This document shows, one piece after another, positions 1-10,880 of a stretch of DNA of 64,000 nucleotides. Position numbers and translations under genes: made by a program. Origin of the DNA: Nitrosopumilus sp. (GTDB taxonomy: Archaea > Thermoproteota > Nitrososphaeria > Nitrososphaerales > Nitrosopumilaceae); NCBI GenBank assembly GCA_965203315.1, contig OZ241857.1, positions 224,001 through 288,000 on the forward strand, read 5' to 3'. The first letter of the stretch is position 1. Each line of letters starts with the position of its first letter. Below the pieces are notes generated by a model that was not told the origin of the DNA, ran no database searches, and saw only the letters and a list, made by a program, of their open reading frames with translations.

Positions 1-1
1 T

Positions 2-679
2 CCAAATGATGTGAATTATTTTATGCCTGCCATACTAAACAATGTAGCCTATTTTAATGGAACATGGCTAACTCCATTCTCTGAAGACGATACAACAAAG
101 AAGATCTTTTTGTCAGGTACAAATGAGATCGAGATTGATTTTATGAATATTTTTTCACATAATTTCAACTATATTCGCGCAGAACTTTTTACAGGATTAC
201 GACTTCCATATGACGATAACAGATTCTCGATGTTGATAATATTGCCTCGTTATGAGGGTCTAAATTTTGACTATGTACTAACCGCGACATTGATTAAAGA
301 ATTGCAAGACGGACTATACGAAATTCCTGTCGGAGTATCTATACCAAAGTTTGAAATACAAACAAACTACTCAGTTGATTCTCTCTCAAATATGGGTATG
401 TCTGATATATTTGATGAAAGGAAATCTAATCTGTCTGGTATTAAAGATATTAGTAAATTACCACGCAATTTTTATATCGCGTCAGCGACTCAAGATGCAT
501 ATATCAAAATAGATGAAGGAATACAAGCATCTGAGGATTCTGCAATGTCAATAGTCTCTAACGAAGGGTATCCTCACGAAAACTTTGTTGCCAACTTTCC
601 ATTTATTTTTTTAATACAGGATGATCAAAGTGGAGCTATACTGTTTATGGGCATGATAGTCGATCCAACTTTGGGTTGA
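2..679 (+). CDS. Serpin, C-terminal part (5' end outside window); degenerate hinge
   Basis: AYFNGTW..PF, SMLIILP, IPKFEI and F.ANFPFIFLIQD..SGAILFMG motifs; frame is open back to the window start. Confidence 0.85.
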   Translation, partial: PNDVNYFMPAILNNVAYFNGTWLTPFSEDDTTKKIFLSGTNEIEIDFMNIFSHNFNYIRAELFTGLRLPYDDNRFSMLIILPRYEGLNFDYVLTATLIKELQDGLYEIPVGVSIPKFEIQTNYSVDSLSNMGMSDIFDERKSNLSGIKDISKLPRNFYIASATQDAYIKIDEGIQASEDSAMSIVSNEGYPHENFVANFPFIFLIQDDQSGAILFMGMIVDPTLG

Positions 680-769
680 TCTGGCAATTAGTCATTTGAA
701 TTGTATGAGACAGATTGAATATGGTTTAAGTCATGAATGTGTTGTATAGGTGCGATATGATTTGAATCC
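680..769 (+). repeat. Conserved ~90-bp serpin 3' flanking element, copy 1
   Basis: Aligns by eye with 16161-16252 and 19427-19516 (tttgWattgt.tga ... aagtcaYgaat.tgttgtat). Confidence 0.75.
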
Positions 770-1033
770 ACAAAGCTCTGAACAACTCTGTAGAATGTTC
801 TGTTCATTTACAGTTAACGCAAATGTGATCTTAAACCTATAAACAAAAATAGAAAGATCTATAAAGGGTATTAAAAATTAATAACCATTGCAAAATAAAA
901 TTGAAAAATATGAACGAAAGTTTACAAAATACATTGAAGATAATAAAATTACAAAATGGTTAACCGAAATATCTTTTCCAATATCACAAAATTACAATGC
1001 CATGTATGGTACTTCTACAGTTTTTTCTCTCTT

Positions 1034-2546
1034 AGACACTATGCGTTACTCGTTTTGACCGAAACACTTAGATCGTAGGTCTAAAAATAGCAATCATTGG
1101 GTCAAAAAATCAGCAAACCAAGCAGACAAGTACTGCAACTACAGCAAAGAGTACGAGAGTTAGAACAAATTGTTAGTGAACTCGGTGAACGAGAAGAGCA
1201 AGAGACCAAAGATAGACCAAGTTTGTACAGACAAAAATCAGAGAGTATTAACAACTTTTGTGATAGGATCATATCGGACCCATCTTCTTTATACCGATTC
1301 ACAAAATGTGCCCCAATCTGTTTGAGATTTATCACACAGAATTTGTTCAATACATCAAAGATGAGCAAGTTAGAAAAAATCGCAACCACGTACTCAACAG
1401 ACAACGTAAAGAGAAACTAGATGATGAACCAAAGATACCACAATACTATGGTGTCAACGTCGGTCGAGGAAAGATATCGCTAGCAAACACGAGATCTACT
1501 CTCTTGATGGAGTTTATGTACACTCGAGGCGGTATGACCCAAGCAGTTATTGGAGACGTATTTGATATCAATCAAAGCAATGTCTCTAGACATATTAGAC
1601 ATGTACGTAGATTCCTGAATCAGTCTTGGACAAGACCAGAGGATATAGCAAAACAAATATCCAAATGCAGAACACTGGCAGAGCTGCGAGAGTGGATTCC
1701 TCGACTAGAGACTGCCATTGATGGAACTCACTTTGAGATAGATATACCATCAGATGACGAGTTGGAAGAGTTGGCACGCTCGGGTAAACTACGGAAACAT
1801 ACTTGTGTGATCGTACTACTAGTAAACAAGGAAAAGTTGATCCTAACTACGAGTCCACTATACTATGGTAGCGTACACGAGATGACTATACTCAAAGAAT
1901 GGAAATTGGGATTTGGTAAATGGGAGAAAAAGATGAGAGATCCATCAACTCCCCTCAAAGAGAGATTAAAGACACGTGGTGATGGTGCCTACGAGGGCGC
2001 TGAGAAGAAATTCCTTGGAACTAGATTCATTACGCCATTCAAAAAACCTCGTGGTGGCCAGCTTACCAAAGAACAGAAAGAGTTTAACAGAAAACACAGC
2101 TCAAAACGTGTAGGAGTTGAAAATTCAATAGGTGTGGTGAAACAGTATCGTCACATGCAACAACAAATTGAATGTGTTGAGCCTGATTTGGAAAAAAGAG
2201 TTCAAGAAATAGCAGCACTTGTAAACGCAGGCATATTATGGGACAAAAGACGCGATCGACCAACCGAGAGATTTAATCAGCTATTGCGTGCATATCATCG
2301 GCGTGCCAACAAATTGAGAAAGAGATGCGGCTAAAACACAACCAATGTGATGCCAAATACTATTGCCAGTTTACGATTTACTGTATTCCTGTACATTCGT
2401 GTACAATAACGCAACATTTTGATTGTATTTGCAAAGTTGAATGAGATATTCTAATTTTAGACACTTGTGTAATGACGATGACGCAATAACTTGTACGAAT
2501 TTCAACCAGCTTTGGTATCGTCGAAAACGACTAACGCATAATGTCT
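1034..2546 (+). mobile_element. IS5-family (DDE_Tnp_4 type) insertion sequence
   Basis: TIRs agacactatgcgttactcgtttt / aaaacgactaacgcataatgtct; CTT target duplication at 1031-33 and 2547-49. Confidence 0.9.
1097..2334 (+). pseudogene. IS5-family transposase, frameshifted near 1300 (ORFs 1097-1420 and 1306-2334)
   Basis: HTH (F.INQSNVSR), IDGTH, GDGAY and RVGVENSIG motifs; one extra A at acaaaatg would fuse the two ORFs, matching the layout of the 4473 paralogue. Confidence 0.8.
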
Positions 2547-2656
2547 CTTGTTTAAGTCGATAACGTCAAAAGCAAATATTGCAGATGTTGCAAATAATAA
2601 TGGCGATTGCTCATTTCGAGCCCCTAACTAAATATGACTAAATTTAGACGCAAGTC

Positions 2657-3683
2657 TTGATGGATTTGATATCTCTTCTTGAGATGAGAAATGATGGGTA
2701 TGCAATAATGAAATATTTGGAATCTCATAGTTCAGACAAGATCGTTTGTAAATTTTGTCAGTGCGATCAATACCATTACATGAAAAACAGAGATCGGTTA
2801 CGTTGTAAATTATGCAAAAAAGATTTCAGACCGTTTAACAAATCCAGATTTTCGTCACTCAAAATCTCATATTCAAAATGGCTGGTACTTGTCAAATTGT
2901 TTGAACTAGCTGTATCTGCAAGAGTTGCTGCAAAACAAGCAAGATTGTCTTACAATACGACACTCAAATCTTTTGATATTTTCAGGAGCGTGATTCTAAT
3001 GCAACTAAATGACGAATATCGAACATTAAAGGGCAAAATCGAAGCAGATGAGTCGTATTTTGGGGGTAAACGTAAAGGAAAACGAGGCCGCGGCGCCGGA
3101 AATAAGACTATCGTTTTTGGCATATTGCAGAGAGGTGGCAAGGTACGTGTTGACATTGTACCAGACGTCACAGCTAAAACTCTGCTTGAATCAACGATCA
3201 AGAAAGTAAAGAAGGGCAGCATGATAGGTTCTTTTAACTTAACGGGGGGTAAGATTAAGTTGTAGGTATTTCAAGAAACGCACTGTATGCAACTTAAAAC
3301 AGCAAAATCTACAATGGGTGTTCTAACCATTTTTCATGACTTGTAAAATTTTTAGAGAATGTTGCGTGAAAACTATCGACCCCCCGTTAAGTTAAAAGAA
3401 CCGCATGATATACACGGACAAGTGGAAAGGGTATGACACCTTGATCTTTCATGGATATGATCGAGAATCAGTTAATCATCAAAAGATCTTCGCAAAAGGC
3501 GATGTTCACATCAATGGAATGGAAGGGTTCTGGGGCTTTGCTAAATTGAACTTGGCAAAGTATCGAGGTGTGAGTTCAAAGAAATTCTTACTGTATCTCA
3601 AGGAGATGGAGTGGCGATACAATAACCGAGAATGCGATCTGTTTGATTTATTGGTACAATACATGCTTAGGGGCTCGAAATGA
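2657..3683 (+). pseudogene. IS1595 (ISXO2-like) transposase split by a MITE
   Basis: Zn ribbon CxxC..CxxC, EADESYFGG, IYTD.W.GY, HINGMEGFW and E.EWRYN motifs; removing the MITE restores the frame. Confidence 0.9.
3227..3402. mobile_element. MITE family A (~176 bp)
   Basis: TIR ggttcttttaacttaacggggg; 8-bp TSD gcatgata. Confidence 0.9.
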
Positions 3684-3789
3684 GCAATCGCCTAATAATA
3701 AAGACAATGGTATGCCTACTGCTGAATGGGTTAGAACATTATTCATAAAAATGGTAAATGAATGTGATCCAGCAGCAATGTTTGATGGG

Positions 3790-3930
3790 AGACTGTATGC
3801 GTATTATTAAGAGTGTCCATGTCCGATCATCAAACACAATAACGATGAATCAACTTGCCTCTAGAAATCACACGTGTGTTTTATTGTACCTTAAAATGTG
3901 CGTATGATGTAAGAAATACGCATACAGTCT
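3790..3930. mobile_element. MITE family E (~141 bp, IS5-like ends)
   Basis: TIR agactgtatgcgtatt / aatacgcatacagtct; second copy at 56471-56611. Confidence 0.85.
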
Positions 3931-4285
3931 AAGAAGCCCAAAGGTGGGCAACTCACAAAAGAACAAGAGATATACAACAAAAAGATAGACAGTGAACGCG
4001 CCACAGTAGAACATGTAGTTGGATGTGTAAAGCAGTTCAAACTCTTGTTCAACATGTTCCGAGGAGATGACGACCAATACAACGATGCCTTCAAGATGGC
4101 ATCTACACTGGTCAACTATCACGTTCTTTGGGATCATGAACACGGCAGACCTAGTCCTAGATTAGAAGAGCTTGTTGCAGCATGGAGAGTAAAGATAAAC
4201 CGTAAAAAACAGACTAAACTAAAAAAGATGAAATTATCTCACCGCATAGTTGCGTAAATAATACGCACCAACATTGTGATTTATA

Positions 4286-5826
4286 GGAGTTCATGCGAAA
4301 GTCATTTTCAGGCACATATGATGTGTGATGGGTCAAATCTGACTAAATTCTCCGAGTTATTGCGGGTTTCGTGTATGTGAGGGGGAGTAAAAAATTAACC
4401 AAAAATAGAATACGCAACAAGACAATTTTTTAAGACACTCTATGGTAAATACTAATTTGAATAAACAAGAGTATGGCTAATCCGAACAAGGAACTAGTGC
4501 TTGAACAACGACTCAAAGCAGCCGAAGAACGTGCAGATATATCAGAAGAACAGCTCAAAGCAGCAAAAAAAGAACTCGAGCTCCCTCCATGTAAGAATAT
4601 CCTTAGCAATGAAAAGACTCTATGGGAGCATACAAAGCTGGATTTTGACATGTTTAACTTTTTGCTCGGCCTGTTTATAGAATGGATACCGGCAGCAGAT
4701 GTTCACAGACAGTTTCGTAATGTTCTCATAGTACGTGGAAGAATATCCAAACTAACTCCCGAGTATGCCATGCTCTTGGCAATTCTGAGGCTGGTGAGTG
4801 GTCACAGTCAGTGCCATCTTGCCAGTAGATTTGGTATAGATCAGAGTAATGTATCCCGGTACTGTACATACATGAATCAGTTTTTTCAAAGTTTGGGTTT
4901 TTCACCAGACGAGTTGGCAAATGTGATAAGTAAATGCAAGACAAAGAAAGAGCTTGCAAAATGGGTAAAGGATCACACATTCTTGTTCGATGGATCACAC
5001 ACTCGTGTTCCAACACCCGTAGATAGAGAGATACGCAATGACTACAAATCAGGCAAAAAAAAGATGCATACGGTAAATACGCTATTGATGTGTACAAAAG
5101 AGAGACTGATAGTACATGTGTCTCCTACGTTTCCTGGTAAGACACACGATTTCAGCATATTCAAAGAGCTCAAACTGAATCTTGGCAAGTGGTCCATGTC
5201 ATTAACAGATCCAAATACTCCACTTCGCCAAAGACTGTACATTCTAGTAGATCTGGGATTCCTAGGGATTCGAGATATCTTTGTAGGTGCAAAGATAGGC
5301 ATAAAATACAAGAAACCCAAAGGTGGGCAACTCACAAAAGAACAAGAGATATACAACAAAAAGATAGACAGTGAACGCGCCACAGTAGAACACGTAGTTG
5401 GATGTGTAAAGCAGTTTAAACTCTTGTTCAACATGTTCCGAGGAGATGACGACCAATACAACGCTGCCTTTAAGATGGCATCTACGCTGGTCAACTATCA
5501 CATTCTTTGGGATCATGAACACGGCAGACCTAGTCCTAGATTAGAAGAGCTTGTTGCAGCATGGAGAGTAAAGATAAACCGTAAAAAACAGGCTAAACTA
5601 AAAAAGATGAAATTATCTCACCGCATAGTTGCGTAAATAATACACAACAACATTGTGATTTATAGAATGATATTGTAAGATATCAAGGTATAATTCACTG
5701 TTTTGACTCTGCGTACATGTACAATTACACAATTCTACAGATCACAAACCTGAGATCACTTTATAATTTGGAATGTCTTTGTTGCTAGGCGTCCAGAGTC
5801 TTCAAAATGACTTTCGCATGAACTCC
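4286..5826 (+). mobile_element. Intact IS5-family insertion sequence
   Basis: TIR ggagttcatgcgaaagtcatttt / aaaatgactttcgcatgaactcc; ATA TSD. Confidence 0.9.
4473..5636 (+). CDS. IS5-family DDE transposase
   Basis: HTH FGIDQSNVSR, FDGSH, SGKKKMHT, DLGF.G and RATVEH motifs. Confidence 0.92.
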   Translation: MANPNKELVLEQRLKAAEERADISEEQLKAAKKELELPPCKNILSNEKTLWEHTKLDFDMFNFLLGLFIEWIPAADVHRQFRNVLIVRGRISKLTPEYAMLLAILRLVSGHSQCHLASRFGIDQSNVSRYCTYMNQFFQSLGFSPDELANVISKCKTKKELAKWVKDHTFLFDGSHTRVPTPVDREIRNDYKSGKKKMHTVNTLLMCTKERLIVHVSPTFPGKTHDFSIFKELKLNLGKWSMSLTDPNTPLRQRLYILVDLGFLGIRDIFVGAKIGIKYKKPKGGQLTKEQEIYNKKIDSERATVEHVVGCVKQFKLLFNMFRGDDDQYNAAFKMASTLVNYHILWDHEHGRPSPRLEELVAAWRVKINRKKQAKLKKMKLSHRIVA

Positions 5827-6162
5827 ATAGAATGATATTGTAAGATATCAAGGTATAATTCATTGTTTTACTCACTGCGTACATGTACAATTGCACAGAT
5901 CACAAACCTGAGATCACTATAATTTGGAATGTCTTTGTTGCTAGGCGTCCAGAGTCTTCAAAACGACTTTCGCATGAACTCCAATATCTGTAACATGGAC
6001 AGATGATGTTTTGTCATTGTTTGATACTTTGATACAATACAAATTACATCTGATTTTGTCCAAATGGATGTTTTCGCAAAAAAATTACTGTAATTTTTAT
6101 AATCAAATTGTATAATTTTGTTAATTATACTAATTCAAAAGTAATGAGAATATTGAAAGTGT

Positions 6163-6666
6163 ATGGGACGACCAAGAAAGAACGCGGCTAGTAAAACCAA
6201 AGCTGCTTCAACTGGTAAAAAGAGAGGCAGAAAACCCGGTACTAAAAACGCAAAGACACGAGGCAGAAAGCCCGGTACTAAAACCTCATCTGCAACTGGT
6301 AAAAAGAGAGGCAGAAAACCAGGTACTAAAAACGCAAAGACACGAGGCAGAAAGCCCGGTACTAAAACCTCATCTGCAACTGGTAAAAAGAGAGGCAGAA
6401 AACCCGGTACTAAAAACGCAAAGACACGAGGCAGAAAGCCCGGTACTAAAACCTCATCTGCAACTGGTAAAAAGAGAGGCAGAAAGCCCGGTACTAAAAC
6501 CTCATCTGCAACTGGTAAAAAGAGAGGCAGAAAACCAGGTACTAAAAACGCAAAGACACGAGGCAGAAAGCCCGGTACTAAAACCTCATCTGCAACTGGT
6601 AAAAAGAGAGGCAGAAAACCAGGTACTAAAAACGCAAAGACACGAGGCCGAAAGCCTAGCAAGTAA
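6163..6666 (+). CDS. Highly basic repeat protein with 11 RGRKP (AT-hook-like) motifs; putative DNA-binding/chromatin protein
   Basis: N-terminal GRPRK, alternating 36- and 48-nt repeat units with synonymous variation, no acidic residues, AT-rich promoter-like sequence upstream. Confidence 0.75.
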   Translation: MGRPRKNAASKTKAASTGKKRGRKPGTKNAKTRGRKPGTKTSSATGKKRGRKPGTKNAKTRGRKPGTKTSSATGKKRGRKPGTKNAKTRGRKPGTKTSSATGKKRGRKPGTKTSSATGKKRGRKPGTKNAKTRGRKPGTKTSSATGKKRGRKPGTKNAKTRGRKPSK

Positions 6667-7083
6667 TCATAAAATATCAATTCGTCTTCAAGACGGATTA
6701 TATTTTCTTTTTCTACTAGATGTAGTAGGTATGTGTATAGACGTACAAGGATGTTCAATCTCTGGTGTTTTAAACACGATACACTTTTAGTGCATGTTCA
6801 TTCTTGACACGTTCTATTCACAATCCATTCAACTTGTTGATGACTGGTGATTTGCTCTTTTAGATGTGGAGCCCAGTCGTTACATATACCATAAGATGTA
6901 GAACAATAGCAAGATGTGTGGATCGTATGCACACAATCAAAGTTTATCTCCTGTTGCCTGAACTAGAGTATTGTCCAACACTGCTCAATAGTATTGACAT
7001 ACTATAGTGACAAGATAAATTAATTTCAGTATCAACTATTTTTGACATCATAAGTTATGAATTAATGTGTTCTAGACATTACA

Positions 7084-7860
7084 ATGGCATCAAAAAAGAG
7101 ATCTGTCAATACTTCAAAGACATCTAAATCGCCCAGACGATGGTCTGGATCACAGAGAAAAATACTCAAGAAGGGTCTTAAGAAAAGAAAACACCAACAC
7201 ATACGACACAAAGTCATAGCTCTCAAGATGATCATAGTCGATGGCTGTACAGTAGCACTTGCTGCAAAATCTGTTGGGGTAACAGAACGTACAGTATACA
7301 ATTGGCTCAATCTGTTTAGCGAAAAGGCTCTTTTTGGGCTGGAAGACAAGGGAGGTCGTGGAAGAAAACCCAAGATACCTGACGAAACATATGAGCAAAT
7401 CCTAGACACTCAAGAAAGAACAACACCTAGAGACATGTACAAGTTACTTTTAGACGAGACAGGTGTAAGACAACACTTTGATACGATAAGAAAGAGGATG
7501 AAAAAGTTAGGGTGGTCAAGGAAACGTTCACAAACGGCATACAGAAATCGAGCTAAACCTCCAGAGATCAAAGCATTCCGTAAAAGGGTACTGTCCATGT
7601 ATGGACATCTCAAGAAGAAAGGTTGGAAACTGTTTGCAATGGACGAGACAATCTTGACGTTAGAAACCAAGAACGGTGCTAAATTCTGGACCAAAATAGG
7701 CAGGCCTGTATATGCTACCTCAAAGGGGTCACGTGATAAAGTGATCGTAATGGGGGCAATAGGTCAAGGTAGAGTGCAATACTTTGAGATAGTAGAGAGT
7801 ACAAACAAGGCATGTTTCTTGGAGTTTCTGAAAAACCTGTACAAACGCTTTCAAAAAGTG
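7084..7860 (+). pseudogene. IS630 transposase, N-terminal part
   Basis: HTH ERTVYNW, GRGRKPK and AMDET motifs; continues in frame at 12236. Confidence 0.88.
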
Positions 7861-7866
7861 GTAAGA

Positions 7867-9205
7867 TATTATCCATGTGAATAGCTTATAAAGATTTACT
7901 CTGATTCACGACTATTGTGCATAGCATACGCTAGGGATGTGTTCCCATGTAAAGGACTGCGAACATATATCCATTCGAGTGGTTAACTCACTATCATTCT
8001 TCGTCCATTCGTCAAAATCTGTACATTTAGGTCGCCGAGTGATATCTCAAATATCTTCCGTACGTTAATGATTTCGACTACAATGTGTGACATAATCATC
8101 CCTATCTATAAGCATATGGTACATCAATCGTAGTAGTTTGGAGGCAGTTGCAACAGTTGCTTTGCTTACCGCGCGTCTCTTTTTAATTCTGTTATGAAAT
8201 TTTGTAATGTAACTATGGGGCTCACATTTTATGTGTACATGAACTGCTTCGGTCAATGCCCATCTAAGCATTTTATCACCTTTCCTCGTTATATGTCCAT
8301 GATTTTGTTTACCAGCTGAATTACGAACAGATGGTACTATTCCTGCATACGAACATATCTTACGAACAGTTGGGAATCTCTTGACATCTCCAATACTAGA
8401 TATTACAACAAGTGCAACAAAGTTTCCAACTCCGGGAATCGTCTTTAACAACTGTGCATCTTGTGATCTCTTTACCTCCTCACGCATTTTAATATCCAAT
8501 TGTCTAATCATTTCTTCATGGCAAGTTATCATATCTAGATAGTTGTCTATTCTATAATCCTCAAGTTTCTTCAATTCCTCTCTAAATGACTTGCTAAAAC
8601 TTGAACCAGGTATTTTAATCCCATATTGCAGTAATATCCCATGTATGAGATTCTTGTATTTTGTTCTACTCTTTACAATTACATCCCTATGTCGAACCAA
8701 CTGTTTTAATTTAACAGTGTATTCACTAGGAACAAAACAAGGCGAGATATAATTTCCTCTTAAAAGATCTGCCAGTGTCCATGCATCCACCTTGTCTGTC
8801 TTTTTCTTTGATTCGGCAATAGCCTTTGTTTGATATGGATTCGATAGTACTACATCAAATCCCAATTCATCTGTCAAGTATCTATACAGCCAATACCATA
8901 CTGACGATGACTCCATCACACAACGTGTATTGAGTGGTGTAAATTGTGCAAAGAATTTTTTGAGACTGTCATGATCTGTAGCAACACGCTCATTGAGTAT
9001 ACGCTTGCCATCCTGATCCATTGCTGCAATTTGCAGAAACCTCTTGTGTGCATCTATTCCGATATAGATCATCTTGTTTTTCTTTTTTAGATGGGTAATC
9101 TGTTCGTTTGCATTTTCTCTTTTAGATCGCTTTACAGGTGATCGCTTGGATCGACTCACATACCTTCTATCATCTGAATGTACTCTGATCGGCTTCTTCA
9201 CATAT
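7867..9205 (-). mobile_element. IS110/IS1111-type element, copy 1
   Basis: Near-identical inverted copy of 10883-12221; sub-terminal IRs atgtgaa(g/t)..agc; no flanking TSD. Confidence 0.9.
8065..9072 (-). CDS. IS110-family DEDD recombinase (likely start MIYIGID)
   Basis: IGIDAHK, VMES, KTDKVDA, IPGVG and SYAGIVP...S motifs. Confidence 0.92.
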   Translation of the reverse strand: MIYIGIDAHKRFLQIAAMDQDGKRILNERVATDHDSLKKFFAQFTPLNTRCVMESSSVWYWLYRYLTDELGFDVVLSNPYQTKAIAESKKKTDKVDAWTLADLLRGNYISPCFVPSEYTVKLKQLVRHRDVIVKSRTKYKNLIHGILLQYGIKIPGSSFSKSFREELKKLEDYRIDNYLDMITCHEEMIRQLDIKMREEVKRSQDAQLLKTIPGVGNFVALVVISSIGDVKRFPTVRKICSYAGIVPSVRNSAGKQNHGHITRKGDKMLRWALTEAVHVHIKCEPHSYITKFHNRIKKRRAVSKATVATASKLLRLMYHMLIDRDDYVTHCSRNH

Positions 9206-9299
9206 GGTTAGGTCAAGAAATGTAGGTCAAGAAATGTAAACTAAAAGGACAACTTTATGCGATATCCTAACTTAAACACCGCCTTTACCAACTAGAGTC

Positions 9300-10880
9300 A
9301 TGTCTAAGATTCTTGCGTACCAAGAGCAGATAGCCACTCTAAAGGCAGAGAAACAAGCAATGGCTAAGGAGATGACACAGCTAAAGAATGCCAAGAAAGA
9401 GAGTGACGCAGCAGTCGAATCTCTTCAAACACAACTAGCACAAAAGAGCAAGAACATGCTAAAGGTGTACAAGATTTTGATTACTGCACTGCTAGGACTC
9501 CAAGTATCACCTAATGCAATAGTTGCATGCATCACTGCGTTTAAGAAAGTGATTAACATTATTGAACGTGAAGAAAATTTATCCAAGACCAAGATTCGTA
9601 ACACCAAAAAGAAGATAGATGACAAACAAGAAAAGATTAAAGCTCAAACAGAACAGGCCAAAGAGAAAGAGAAACTAGGAGAGATTTCTAATAATCCTAA
9701 TACTCCACAATCTCGAAAACCAAAATCGGGTACAAAAAAAGTAAAACTAGTAACCGTACCAAAACCGGTAGGACGACCAAAGGGATATGATGGAATCACA
9801 CACGATATATCTGCAGACGAGATCGTACCACATAAAAAAGAACAATGTGATGATTGTGGAAGTCAAGATATGACAAACGTGTTCGCTGGACACACAATAT
9901 CTATGGATTTAGAGTGCAATATCAAAGTCATAATGCATAACGGATACAAATATGCCTGCAATTGTTGTGGCAGTGCAGGTAACACGCTAGATAACATACC
10001 AGACGTATTAAACAATACAATGCTAGGCGTGAATTTAGGCTGTATGGCGACTATAATGAGAGAGTGTGGCAGCAGTATAAAGTCAATAACTACATCTTTA
10101 CAGTGTTTGGATCCACGCATCTCTCACAACATGGTAACTGGAGCAATAAACGAGGTTGGCGACAGACTCAAAAAAGAAGCGGACAAGATTGCAGAACGCA
10201 ACCAAAAGTCAAGATATACACACATGGACGAGACATCACTATCTCTTTTAGCAGCATTGGGATGGGTTTGGGTGTTGGTAGGTGATTACGGTACGCAATT
10301 TATGATAGGACCATCACGTGGAAAGAAATTCCTAAAAGAGAATTTTGGAAAATATGTCTACATACCACTCGTATGTGATGGATATTCGGTGTATTTTTTG
10401 TTTAAAATACGGCAGCGGTGTTGGGCGCACGTATTGCGACACGCGGAAAGTGCAGTGTGTGATGTACGTACATTAATGATGTTTCGGAGGTTGCATGCAC
10501 TATTTGAGATTGCCACTCGACTACAAGCAAAGGATCCCAATTGCGTAGACCTATATCTCAAATATGCGGTAGATGATCTCATACGCGAGACGTTGCGGCT
10601 TGCAGCTGCATACAAAAAGATGGATATCAAATTTGGTACTCATCTAGAGAATGCTGCACATGAACTGTACACATTCGTGACACATCCGGGCATGGAGCCA
10701 ACAAACAATCGGGCAGAACGTGCTCTGAGAAGGCTCGTGCTATTCCGCAAGACGTGTCAACATGTCGTATCTGAGAAAGGTAGACAACGATTGAGTTCAA
10801 TCTTTACATGTATAACAACATGGAGGCAACAAGGACTCAATCCATACGAAGAAATGCTAAGAGTTGTGCGTGAGACCTAA
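9300..10880 (+). CDS. IS66-family transposase
   Basis: Coiled-coil N-terminus, Zn finger, HMDET, DGY..Y, RQRCWAH and PTNNRAERALR motifs. Confidence 0.92.
   Translation: MSKILAYQEQIATLKAEKQAMAKEMTQLKNAKKESDAAVESLQTQLAQKSKNMLKVYKILITALLGLQVSPNAIVACITAFKKVINIIEREENLSKTKIRNTKKKIDDKQEKIKAQTEQAKEKEKLGEISNNPNTPQSRKPKSGTKKVKLVTVPKPVGRPKGYDGITHDISADEIVPHKKEQCDDCGSQDMTNVFAGHTISMDLECNIKVIMHNGYKYACNCCGSAGNTLDNIPDVLNNTMLGVNLGCMATIMRECGSSIKSITTSLQCLDPRISHNMVTGAINEVGDRLKKEADKIAERNQKSRYTHMDETSLSLLAALGWVWVLVGDYGTQFMIGPSRGKKFLKENFGKYVYIPLVCDGYSVYFLFKIRQRCWAHVLRHAESAVCDVRTLMMFRRLHALFEIATRLQAKDPNCVDLYLKYAVDDLIRETLRLAAAYKKMDIKFGTHLENAAHELYTFVTHPGMEPTNNRAERALRRLVLFRKTCQHVVSEKGRQRLSSIFTCITTWRQQGLNPYEEMLRVVRET

Larger units (their letters stand above)
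2601..3693 (+). mobile_element. IS1595-family element interrupted by a MITE
   Basis: TIR ggcgattgctcatttcgagcccctaa at both ends; 8-bp aataataa duplication. Confidence 0.9.
3931..5982 (+). mobile_element. 5'-truncated IS5-family copy (3' end of transposase 3931-4257 plus right end) hosting an intact copy of itself
   Basis: 3931-4285 is near-identical to 5310-5664; right end resumes at 5830 and ends in TIR at 5982. Confidence 0.85.

Noticed and set aside
6135-6758. Hydrophobic repeat ORF on the minus strand
   Set aside because: Antisense shadow of the RGRKP protein, which has the better start and promoter context
9209-9236. 14-bp tandem duplication in the IS66 left end
   Set aside because: Likely a slippage event; no functional evidence
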